Source: Bacteroidota bacterium (GTDB lineage Bacteria > Bacteroidota > Bacteroidia > Bacteroidales > UBA4417). From it: a stretch of DNA of 64,000 nt. The stretch lies in NCBI GenBank assembly GCA_022711175.1, contig JAKLFM010000001.1, positions 1,777 to 65,776 on the forward strand, written 5' to 3'. The notes under the pieces are model-generated. The model had not been told where the DNA came from, made no database searches, and worked only from the letters and a program-made list of their open reading frames with translations. The translations under genes were made by a program, and so were the position numbers. Positions 1 through 7,691 of this stretch are shown one piece after another (the stretch's first letter is position 1; every line of letters starts with the position of its first letter).

Positions 1-447
1 TTCAATGAAGCCGATGCAATTATTTCAAAACGAAAAGAGAATAGCACCTCGAATGTTTCACAAACCGAAAATGCAATTCAAAATATTATACTTGAAGAAC
101 TTGAAAATTTTGAAGGTATATTTTTTGCAACAACCAACCTTGCAAAAAATCTTGATTCGGCATTTGAAAGGCGTTTTTTATTCAAAATTGAATTTCAAAA
201 ACCTGATATTTCGGTAAAAGCCAAAATATGGAATTCAAAATTACCAAGTCTTTCTGAATCAGAATGTGAAACACTTGCAAACCGCTTTGATTTCTCTGGA
301 GGCCAAATTGATAATATTGTTAGAAAGAATGAGATTCATGAAATAATTCACGGTACTACAGTAGATTTTAATAATATTCTTGATTTCTGCAAAACGGAAT
401 TATTATCAAAAAATAGTGGAGTTAGAATAGGTTTCACAAAAGCATAA
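1..447 (+). CDS. AAA+ ATPase, C-terminal part (5' end cut by window edge)
   Basis: Frame 1 is open from base 1 to TAA at 445-447. It is absent from the ORF track because it has no start codon. The translation FNEADAIISKR...GIFFATTNLAKNLDSAFERRFLFKIEFQKPD matches the Walker-B end, sensor-1 (TTN) and Arg-finger (ERRF) region of classic-clade AAA proteins, followed by a helical lid. The track ORF 5..217 is an out-of-frame shadow. Confidence 0.8.
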   Translation, partial: FNEADAIISKRKENSTSNVSQTENAIQNIILEELENFEGIFFATTNLAKNLDSAFERRFLFKIEFQKPDISVKAKIWNSKLPSLSESECETLANRFDFSGGQIDNIVRKNEIHEIIHGTTVDFNNILDFCKTELLSKNSGVRIGFTKA

Positions 448-451
448 AATC

Positions 452-1348
452 ATGTCAAAGAGAGAATCAATTGCACGATATAATCTGATAATCAAAAAGC
501 TCAGAAAACAGCCATCTTCATTTTCGGAAATTTCTGATTACCTCGCATTTGAATCAGATTTACAGGAATACAATTTCAACGTATCGAAACGTACATTTCA
601 AAGGGATATCGAAGATATTCGTTCGGTTTATAATATTGATATTCAATATGATTTTTCGAGAAAGGTTTATTATATTGACTTTGACGAGCAACCAGAAGTA
701 AACGAGAGAATTTTAGAGGCTTTTGATACGTTTAACGCTTTAAATATTAGCGACAGGCTTTCAAATTATATCCACTTTGAAAAACGACGACCTCAAGGCA
801 CCGAAAATCTTTATGGATTACTACATGCCATAAAAAATAAGGTTCAAATATCATTCTCATATCAAAAATTCTGGGAGGATGAAATCACACATCGCATTAC
901 AGAACCCTACGCTCTTAAAGAATTTAAAAACCGTTGGTATATACTTGCAAATGATTTGAAAGACAAAAAAGTAAAAAGCTTTGCATTAGACAGATTAACG
1001 AAATTGGAGATTACAAGGAAAAAGTTTCAGCTACCAAATGATTATAATGTAAATGAGCATTTTAAATATTGTTTTGGGATTATAAGTCCGAATGAGCATA
1101 AACCACAGGAAATCATTTTGTCTTTCGACCCATTTCAAGGCAAATACATAAAAACATTACCGCTTCATGAATCACAAGAGATTCTAAAAGATAACGAAGA
1201 TGAATTACTTGTAAAACTAACGTTGTTCGTAACACATGATTTTTTCATGGAAATTTTATCATTTGGCGATAATGTAAAGGTTATTCAACCAGTTAGTTTG
1301 ATTGCAGAAATTAAGAAAGCTTATGAAAACGCTTTGAAACTTTATTGA
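452..1348 (+). CDS. HTH + WYL domain transcriptional regulator (BrxR/CapW-like architecture)
   Basis: 298 aa. The N-terminal wHTH-like segment (RYNLIIKKLRKQPSSFSEISDYL...SKRTFQRDIEDI) is followed by a literal WYL core (ALKEFKNRWYILANDLKDKKVKSFALDRL) and a C-terminal extension. It starts 4 nt after the ATPase stop. Confidence 0.8.
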   Translation: MSKRESIARYNLIIKKLRKQPSSFSEISDYLAFESDLQEYNFNVSKRTFQRDIEDIRSVYNIDIQYDFSRKVYYIDFDEQPEVNERILEAFDTFNALNISDRLSNYIHFEKRRPQGTENLYGLLHAIKNKVQISFSYQKFWEDEITHRITEPYALKEFKNRWYILANDLKDKKVKSFALDRLTKLEITRKKFQLPNDYNVNEHFKYCFGIISPNEHKPQEIILSFDPFQGKYIKTLPLHESQEILKDNEDELLVKLTLFVTHDFFMEILSFGDNVKVIQPVSLIAEIKKAYENALKLY

Positions 1349-1352
1349 TAAG

Positions 1353-1739
1353 GTGATAACTGAAAATGAAATTAATGAGTTGAATAAATTTCTGGAATCG
1401 GATAGTTTTGATATTGAAGAATTCGATAAATTATACAAGTCTCTAAAGCATAATAATACCTTTAAAATCAAACTGTTTGATTTTGAATACTACAACGAAA
1501 AAAGATTAGAAGAAGCCAAGAAGGAAAAAATTATTTGTGTTGAATTAATGAATTTTGAGAGAGCTGCATCTAATCGTGATTTGGAGTTGGAGTGCCAAAA
1601 ATATATTGATATAAAATCAGAATTTAAAATTGAGAAATCAGCATTCCATTACGAACAGAAATATTTAATGTACTTTTATTTTGGAACTGCGAAAAATGAT
1701 AAATTAGTAAGAGAATATTTAAAAAAGGAAACGCTATGA
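1353..1739 (+). CDS. small UVR-motif protein, function unknown
   Basis: 128 aa with a GTG start 4 nt after the WYL stop. It contains NFERAASNRDLE, which resembles the UvrB/UvrC (UVR) motif FE.AA..RD. The sequence is acidic and helical. Confidence 0.5.
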   Translation: MITENEINELNKFLESDSFDIEEFDKLYKSLKHNNTFKIKLFDFEYYNEKRLEEAKKEKIICVELMNFERAASNRDLELECQKYIDIKSEFKIEKSAFHYEQKYLMYFYFGTAKNDKLVREYLKKETL

Positions 1740-1759
1740 AAGCCCACCCTTCGCAGTCA

Positions 1760-2060
1760 TACACATTGGCAAGTCGCTCAAAAAGCCGACACACAATCCA
1801 AAACTTGCCAAAGAGTATGCCTGCCCCAACGCACGGCAGACAGAAACGATGTAGCAAATTGAAAGGAAAAATAATGGAAAACAATGAACACCAGCCCCTA
1901 ACAAGCCGTATAAAACATTGGGGTTTAAGTGGTTATGCAAGCGTTCTGCCCCGCATCAAGTTCAGTGTAACTGGACAGTATAGTAGCCCGCAATCCCCAA
2001 CGTTTCATACCGCCAACCGTTGTATGCAAGCCGACTTGACTGCGGGCAAGCATTTTTTCA
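1760..2060 (+). ncRNA. candidate structured non-coding RNA (unclassified); strand uncertain
   Basis: This is a GC-rich patch inside an AT-rich island. Three overlapping track ORFs on both strands have implausible basic, low-complexity translations. There is a perfect 9-bp stem, 1766-1774 TTGGCAAGT with 1803-1811 ACTTGCCAA, and a 7/8 stem, 1818-1825 with 1835-1842. GCCCGCA (1986-1992) and CTGCCCCGCA (1946-1955) can each pair with TGCGGGCAAG (2041-2050). A T6 run at 2053-2058 follows. Confidence 0.25.
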
Positions 2061-2176
2061 ACTAGCAAATCCTATCTTTTCAAGTTTCGTTTTCTAGAAA
2101 GAGTATCTTAATTTCTATTTATCTCCAACCCATTATTTGAATTAAAGGATTATTTTTGAGTAATAACTTGAATAAT

Positions 2177-3016
2177 ATGACACAGGATACAGCAATTAAA
2201 CTATTCAATGATAAGCAAATAAGAACACTATGGGATAATGACCAAGAAAAGTGGTTCTTCTCCATAGTTGATGTAATTGGAATATTGACTGAAAGTCCTA
2301 ACCCTCGTAAATATTGGAGTGTCCTAAAAACCAGGCTTAAGGCTGAAGGAAGTCAGTTGGCTACAAATTGTAGTCAACTGAAAATGCTTTCTGCCGATGG
2401 AAAATACTACAAAACAGATGTAGCGGATACAGAACAACTTTTTCGTTTAATTCAATCTATTCCATCACCTAAAGCAGAACCATTTAAACTTTGGTTAGCA
2501 AAAATCGGCAGAGAAAGAATAGACGAAATTGAAGACCCCGAAATAGGTATTGACCGACTAATGGAAACTTACTTACGAAAAGGTTATTCAGCATCATGGA
2601 TAAATCAGCGGCTTAAAAGCATTGAAGTACGAAAGGAACTTACCGATGAGTGGGAGAATCGTGGCGTAAAGAAAGGACAAGAATATGCAATTCTTACCGA
2701 TGAAATAACAAAGGCCTGGAGTGGATTTACAACAAAACAATACAAGGATTTTAAAAAACTTAAGAAAGAAAGCCTGCGAGACCATATGACTAACCTGGAA
2801 TTAGTGCTGAATATGCTTGCAGAGGCGACAACCACGGAAATCTCTATAGAAAAGAAACCCAAGACATTTAAAGAAAACCAGAAAATTGCCAAGCAAGGTG
2901 GAACAATTGCAGGAAATACCAGGAAAGAAATTGAAGCAAAATCAGGAAAGAAAATAGTTACAAGGGAAAATGCGAAGCAACTAAACGAGAAAAAGAATAA
3001 AGAACTAGATAAATAA
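2177..3016 (+). CDS. Bro-N domain protein (DinD / phage antirepressor-like)
   Basis: The N-terminus FNDKQIRTLWDNDQEKWFFSIVDVIGILTES is typical of the Bro-N DNA-binding domain, and the C-terminal half is helical and Lys-rich. I chose the ATG at 2177; the track begins at an upstream TTG at 2156. Confidence 0.7.
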   Translation: MTQDTAIKLFNDKQIRTLWDNDQEKWFFSIVDVIGILTESPNPRKYWSVLKTRLKAEGSQLATNCSQLKMLSADGKYYKTDVADTEQLFRLIQSIPSPKAEPFKLWLAKIGRERIDEIEDPEIGIDRLMETYLRKGYSASWINQRLKSIEVRKELTDEWENRGVKKGQEYAILTDEITKAWSGFTTKQYKDFKKLKKESLRDHMTNLELVLNMLAEATTTEISIEKKPKTFKENQKIAKQGGTIAGNTRKEIEAKSGKKIVTRENAKQLNEKKNKELDK

Positions 3017-3043
3017 ACGGCCAGCATACAATAAACAAGGCTT

Positions 3044-3165
3044 CCCCGCAATTGCGGGGCGGGCTGTGTAGCGATAGCCCAGCCCCGATACACCGGGGCA
3101 GGCTATGAAGCTCCCGCATATAGCGGGACAGGCTGTGTTGCACTGCCAGCCCCGCCTTTGCGGGG
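3044..3165. repeat. array of four GC-rich hairpins interleaved with CAGGCTGTGT-like spacers
   Basis: The hairpins are CCCCGCaattGCGGGG (3044-3059), CCCCGatacacCGGGG (3083-3098), CCCGCatataGCGGG (3113-3127) and CCCCGCctttGCGGGG (3150-3165). They are separated by CGGGCTGTGTAGCGATAGCCCAG, CAGGCTATGAAGCT and ACAGGCTGTGTTGCACTGCCAG. Confidence 0.7.
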
Positions 3166-3580
3166 AAATCAAGCAACGCCGTTTTCTTATGGAGTTTCAA
3201 TTGTTTTAAGTGATTTAGGGAGGCAGCCCTGCGAGCTGTTTTTTTTACTGTTATAGATTAATTTGGATGCTGAAAAGTCGATAATTGCCTGATTGTATAG
3301 CTGTTAGATTGCTTCTCATTCTTGTTCGGATACTATAATGCCGGGCCCATTCTAAGGACAGTTTGATCAATCGGTCTCATTGTGTTGGTTTCTGGTGATT
3401 AGATACTGCGGCGGCGGCCTCCCGGCTTCAAACAATTCAATCGTTATCATCAGCCCCTTACCACAGCATGGGCACAGGCTTGGATTTGGAGTGAAAGATT
3501 ACCCTTTCAGGTATAGGAAATAAATATACCGTTCAACTTAATATATCAAACTCAAGCCAATTCAAATTCTTACCTACGTT

Positions 3581-3709
3581 ATGCAGAAAAAAACACTTGT
3601 TCAGGCAATTCTTGGAATCGTGGTTATAGGAGCCCTCTCATGGATTATTTTCAGATACTTTGTACCCTCCATGCAGTCACCATTCGAAAATCGAACAATC
3701 GGAATCTAA
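3581..3709 (+). CDS. possible 42-aa single-pass membrane peptide
   Basis: An ATG-to-TAA ORF I found by eye, below the track's size cutoff: MQKKTLVQAILGIVVIGALSWIIFRYFVPSMQSPFENRTIGI. It has one hydrophobic helix. I see no further support. Confidence 0.2.
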   Translation: MQKKTLVQAILGIVVIGALSWIIFRYFVPSMQSPFENRTIGI

Positions 3710-3842
3710 ATGGTTCGCCATGCGATGACAGCATGATAGTACCGACTATCAAATTATTCTACCTGCAAATAAATATTTCATTGATTATCAGCAAAAAAAG
3801 ACCTATATTAGCTAAACTTAAACAAGACCTGAACCGGTTAAT

Positions 3843-4652
3843 ATGAGAACAATCAAGTGCCTGTTATTCCTGGTTTTTTTGTTACAATTCCTGAAAGTTT
3901 CGAGCCAGGATATCATTTACCGGAATGATACAAAACAACCGGTGATAGTTAACATAATCTCCGAGCAGGTTTCAAGCCGTGTTTACAGATTGTTTAACAG
4001 CAGCGATACTGCCATCCACCATATCAGTATCACAAGGATCGACAGCATCATCTATCAAAGCGGCAAAAAAGAAATTTTCGCGACTATCAAAACTGAATCC
4101 CTGCCAGTATTAAGCAATACCGGTAAAGACTTCAGCGCCTTTACACATCATCTTGCAGGTATTGATGCCGGAGCCTGGTTTTATAAAAATATACGATTCA
4201 GCTATGAATACTTCCCGTTTAATCCAAACCTTGGTTTCAAAACATCAGTGAGTTTCAGAACAACTCCATTTATGAAAATTGAAATATACGACTACGATTA
4301 TGGCGATGAGGAGTTATCGTACCATTACAGGAATTTCAGGGGATACTCAGTATGGCATGGCACCCTTGGCGCTGACTATTATTTCTTTAAGCCGGGAAGT
4401 TTCCGCGTGCTTACAGGTCTTCATTATGTGCACGGCACTTACATTATCAGCTACATAATCACTGATGGAAATTACAACGTTGTAGGAACCAGGGACGAAC
4501 GGAAGCCGTTAAACGGCATGTTGCTCAACGTTTACCTCTTTTACAGGGTAAATGAGTACCTTTCGGTGAACATTGGCGTGGATAAACCGCTGTGGATGAA
4601 ACCGCCAATGCAGCGGAGTGTCTTTACTGCTGAATTTCTTCTTAACTTTTAA
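3843..4652 (+). CDS. secreted hypothetical protein, probable outer-membrane beta-barrel
   Basis: It has a signal peptide (MRTIKCLLFLVFLLQFLKVSSQ), alternating aromatic/Gly-rich strands and a C-terminal ...FLLNF with a terminal Phe. Confidence 0.5.
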   Translation: MRTIKCLLFLVFLLQFLKVSSQDIIYRNDTKQPVIVNIISEQVSSRVYRLFNSSDTAIHHISITRIDSIIYQSGKKEIFATIKTESLPVLSNTGKDFSAFTHHLAGIDAGAWFYKNIRFSYEYFPFNPNLGFKTSVSFRTTPFMKIEIYDYDYGDEELSYHYRNFRGYSVWHGTLGADYYFFKPGSFRVLTGLHYVHGTYIISYIITDGNYNVVGTRDERKPLNGMLLNVYLFYRVNEYLSVNIGVDKPLWMKPPMQRSVFTAEFLLNF

Positions 4653-4662
4653 AGTCACTATC

Positions 4663-6354
4663 ATGAAAGCTTTGACATTCCAAATAAAAATCATATCACG
4701 CCGGCTGCACTCGCAATACCGGAGAAGGATTTGGCTGCAAAGGTTCACGATCATCCTGCTCGCTCTCGCCGTGCTGAACCTCTCGGTAGGATGCATGCAC
4801 TATTTTAAAGTGAATGCCTCAATGCCTCCTACCGGCGAGAACCTGTCGGGCCTTACTGCTGTAAAAAAGACCATCATCGTGCATTTCGATAATAAGAAGT
4901 GGGTGTTGGTAAATCCTGAAGTAAAAAACAACCAGCTCTCCGGAAAACTGGAAGAATACAGGAATCTGCCTACACTGAAACCTGTAAAGGCTGACAGGCC
5001 GAACCGGTACATGACAAGAACCAGCTGGAACCAGAGTTACCTGCTGAACGAAGTTCACATTTACCCTGCTGAATTTACCGATACCGGAAACGGAACTGTT
5101 TCGATGCCAATCAGTTCGCTTGACAAACTCGAAATTTATGAAAAGGACATTGCCGCAACCGTCGGATCATGGGTGTTAGGATTTCTTGGTGGCGCAGCCA
5201 CGGCGTTTACTGTCTTCATCGTACTTTTAGCCATTTTCAAAGAGTCGTGCCCGTTTGTTTATACCTGGGACGGCACCGATTACCGGTTTGCAGGGGAAAT
5301 ATATAGCGGAAGTATATACAAAAACCTCGAGAGGCATGATTATCTGAGGTTGCCAACCTATCCCGGCCAGGAGTCATATAGGCTGAAAATCACAAACGAA
5401 GCCTTTGAGATACAGCATACCAACCTTGCAGAACTGATTGTTGCCGATCATGCTTCAGACTGTGATGCGGTGATTGACAAATACGGCAGGGTTCTTACCC
5501 TCGGTGACCTGCAACAACCTGTCATAGCAACAAACCTTATCAACCAGGACGTGACACAACAAATCAGGGAAAAAGATAACCTGATTTACCAGACAAGTTC
5601 TGCCTCAGGTGAATATAACCTGACGGACGGGTTGATTCTTCAGTTCCCTCCTGCCGGCAATGCCGCCACGGCAAAACTGGCCATCAGGGCAAAAAACTCT
5701 GTTATGCTCGACTTTATGCTCGGCAGGTTCCATGATATGTTTGGCTCGGCCTATCAATATATTATGAAGATGCAGGGTGAACAGCCCCGCGAAGTGCTTC
5801 AGCAATGGATGCTTGACCAGGGAATACCGCTTTCGGTATCAGTGAAACGCAACAATGCCTGGGAATTCACTGATTTTTACAACATTGCCGGCCCAATGGC
5901 CATGAAGGACGATGTACTTGAAATACCTTTGAACGGCACTGAAAACACTCCGCTGGAGGTTAAAATTGAATTTGGAAGCTTTTTCTGGGAGATTGATTAT
6001 GCTGCCATTGATTATTCGCCCCGGTCAGTAGTATCAACTTTTACGATTCCGCTAAGTTCGGCAGTGAACGAGCATGGCCGGGATATTTCAAGGTCACTGA
6101 AGGGTGATGATTCAAAATATTATACACAGCCAACAACCGCCGACCAGGCAGTGGTCACATTCAATCTGCCTGCCGCTGCCGGCCCCGAAAGAACCATATA
6201 CCTGCATTCTAAAGGATGGTATGAGCTGATGCGTAATCCTAAAGGTCCGCACGACAAGGAATACCTGCTCACTTTTAAGCAACCCGGGCGTTTTAACCAG
6301 TTTGTGATTGAAGAGATCAGGAAGATTGAACAAACGGCTGCTGAAATAAAATAG
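4663..6354 (+). CDS. hypothetical lipoprotein with an internal TM helix
   Basis: The ATG at 4663 gives MKALTF...LLALAVLNLSVGC, a lipobox LSVG-C. An internal hydrophobic segment VGSWVLGFLGGAATAFTVFIVLLAIF is followed by KESCPFVYTWDG. I do not recognise the family. Confidence 0.55.
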   Translation: MKALTFQIKIISRRLHSQYRRRIWLQRFTIILLALAVLNLSVGCMHYFKVNASMPPTGENLSGLTAVKKTIIVHFDNKKWVLVNPEVKNNQLSGKLEEYRNLPTLKPVKADRPNRYMTRTSWNQSYLLNEVHIYPAEFTDTGNGTVSMPISSLDKLEIYEKDIAATVGSWVLGFLGGAATAFTVFIVLLAIFKESCPFVYTWDGTDYRFAGEIYSGSIYKNLERHDYLRLPTYPGQESYRLKITNEAFEIQHTNLAELIVADHASDCDAVIDKYGRVLTLGDLQQPVIATNLINQDVTQQIREKDNLIYQTSSASGEYNLTDGLILQFPPAGNAATAKLAIRAKNSVMLDFMLGRFHDMFGSAYQYIMKMQGEQPREVLQQWMLDQGIPLSVSVKRNNAWEFTDFYNIAGPMAMKDDVLEIPLNGTENTPLEVKIEFGSFFWEIDYAAIDYSPRSVVSTFTIPLSSAVNEHGRDISRSLKGDDSKYYTQPTTADQAVVTFNLPAAAGPERTIYLHSKGWYELMRNPKGPHDKEYLLTFKQPGRFNQFVIEEIRKIEQTAAEIK

Positions 6355-6378
6355 TCATTTCAAATTAAAAATCCGTCA

Positions 6379-7554
6379 TTGAGCAACGATAACATATCAG
6401 GCATCCTGGCAGGCCGCAGGCTTTGGTTTTTCCGTTTTAAACTGCGGCTGTTCATTCTGAAAGAAGCTTTCAGATTTCATCATCATCCTGCAAAAGCTTA
6501 CCGGGAGCTCAAAATGCTTCAACAGGTGAACCGTAACCGAACGGGGAATATCATAGTTAAAATGGTACGCAGCGGTCGGAGGTATTATTTTACTACCGAT
6601 TACCCGGGTTACCCGTCAGCGAATTTAAGCGGTATGCTTCGGAATGAATTCGCTGAAAACAATAACGGGAACGTGCATACATTGAATACTGCCGTACTCA
6701 AAACGCTTGTGTGGGGAATAACGAACCGTTGCCCGCTCACCTGTGCACATTGCTACGAATGGGATAACATTGATAAGAGGGATACGCTGGATATGCCGGC
6801 ATTAAAGCAATTGCTGAGTATTTATAAATCGAACGGCCTGAGGCATATACAGTTTAGCGGCGGAGAGCCTCTTGCCCGCTTCGAAGAACTGGCTGAACTG
6901 GTGAAAGAAGCTTCACCGACCATGGATTGCTGGTTGCTCACTTCGGGTTACGGGCTGACCGGAGCAAAAGCTGCAGCACTGAAAAAAGCAGGGCTTACCG
7001 GCGCCCATATAAGTCTCGATCACTGGGATGAAGACGAACACAACAAGTTCAGGAACAACCGCCAAAGTTACATGATGGTGATGGAGGCCATAAGGAACTG
7101 CATTTCATCCGGAATACTGGTTAGTTTGTCGTTGTGCGCCACAAGGGAATTTGTTACCTACGACAACCTGATGAAATATGCCGATCTTGCTAAAAAAACA
7201 GGAGTACAATTCCTCCGGATTCTTGAACCCCGCGAAGCGGGGAAGTTCTGCGGCAGGGAAGTACGGCTCAGCAGAGAACAGGTTGACCTGATTTCAAAAT
7301 TCGTTGTCACATTGAATACTGACCGGCAATTCAGGCGTTACCCCATTGCTGCATTCCTGGGATACCACCAGCGTAAAACCGATTGCTACGGCGCCGGCAA
7401 CCGCTTTTTATATGTTGATCCAAACGGCGATGTACACGCCTGTCCGTTTTGCCGCGGCAGCATGGGCAACCTGCTTGATGAACCATACGATCATATCATC
7501 CGTCGGGTAAGGCAGCAAGGGTGCAGGTTTATGGAACAAGTCGTAAATGCCTGA
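6379..7554 (+). CDS. radical SAM enzyme with C-terminal SPASM/twitch-like Cys cluster
   Basis: GITNRCPLTCAHCYEW provides the CX3CX2C motif, and QFSGGEPL is the GGE (SAM-binding) motif. The C-terminus reads CYGAGNRFLYVDPNGDVHACPFCRG...GCRF. The start is uncertain: TTG at 6379 or an internal ATG. Confidence 0.8.
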   Translation: MSNDNISGILAGRRLWFFRFKLRLFILKEAFRFHHHPAKAYRELKMLQQVNRNRTGNIIVKMVRSGRRYYFTTDYPGYPSANLSGMLRNEFAENNNGNVHTLNTAVLKTLVWGITNRCPLTCAHCYEWDNIDKRDTLDMPALKQLLSIYKSNGLRHIQFSGGEPLARFEELAELVKEASPTMDCWLLTSGYGLTGAKAAALKKAGLTGAHISLDHWDEDEHNKFRNNRQSYMMVMEAIRNCISSGILVSLSLCATREFVTYDNLMKYADLAKKTGVQFLRILEPREAGKFCGREVRLSREQVDLISKFVVTLNTDRQFRRYPIAAFLGYHQRKTDCYGAGNRFLYVDPNGDVHACPFCRGSMGNLLDEPYDHIIRRVRQQGCRFMEQVVNA

Positions 7555-7691
7555 TTCCAACTTTGCTTAAACGAATAAAACGGGGCCGGATGGATTGTTC
7601 ATTCATCGGCATTACAATCTCACAAAGTGATTACGGATAACTATTTCTTCCCGGAAATATTACATGGCTTCGGTTCAACGCAGACAGCCTC

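Noticed and set aside
5-217. A 70-aa track ORF at the window start
   Set aside because: It is out of frame with the frame-1 reading frame, which is continuously open, encodes clear AAA+ motifs and runs to 447.
1736-2065. A 109-aa plus-strand ORF, and the overlapping minus-strand ORFs 1624..1884 and 1734..1940
   Set aside because: The translations are basic, low-complexity and rich in Ser, Arg and Pro, with no recognisable domain. Three mutually overlapping ORFs are what a GC-rich non-coding patch produces by chance. I treat the region as a candidate RNA instead.
3044-3165. Possible miniature CRISPR array
   Set aside because: The repeat units are only about 15-16 bp hairpins. The intervening segments resemble one another and have unequal lengths. 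No cas genes are present. It is better described as a hairpin/REP-like array.
3200-3640. A tRNA, tmRNA or integrase-type att site at the island boundary
   Set aside because: I found no T-loop-like GGTTCGAATCC motif or cloverleaf on either strand. The other end of the island is outside the window, so direct-repeat att sites cannot be tested.
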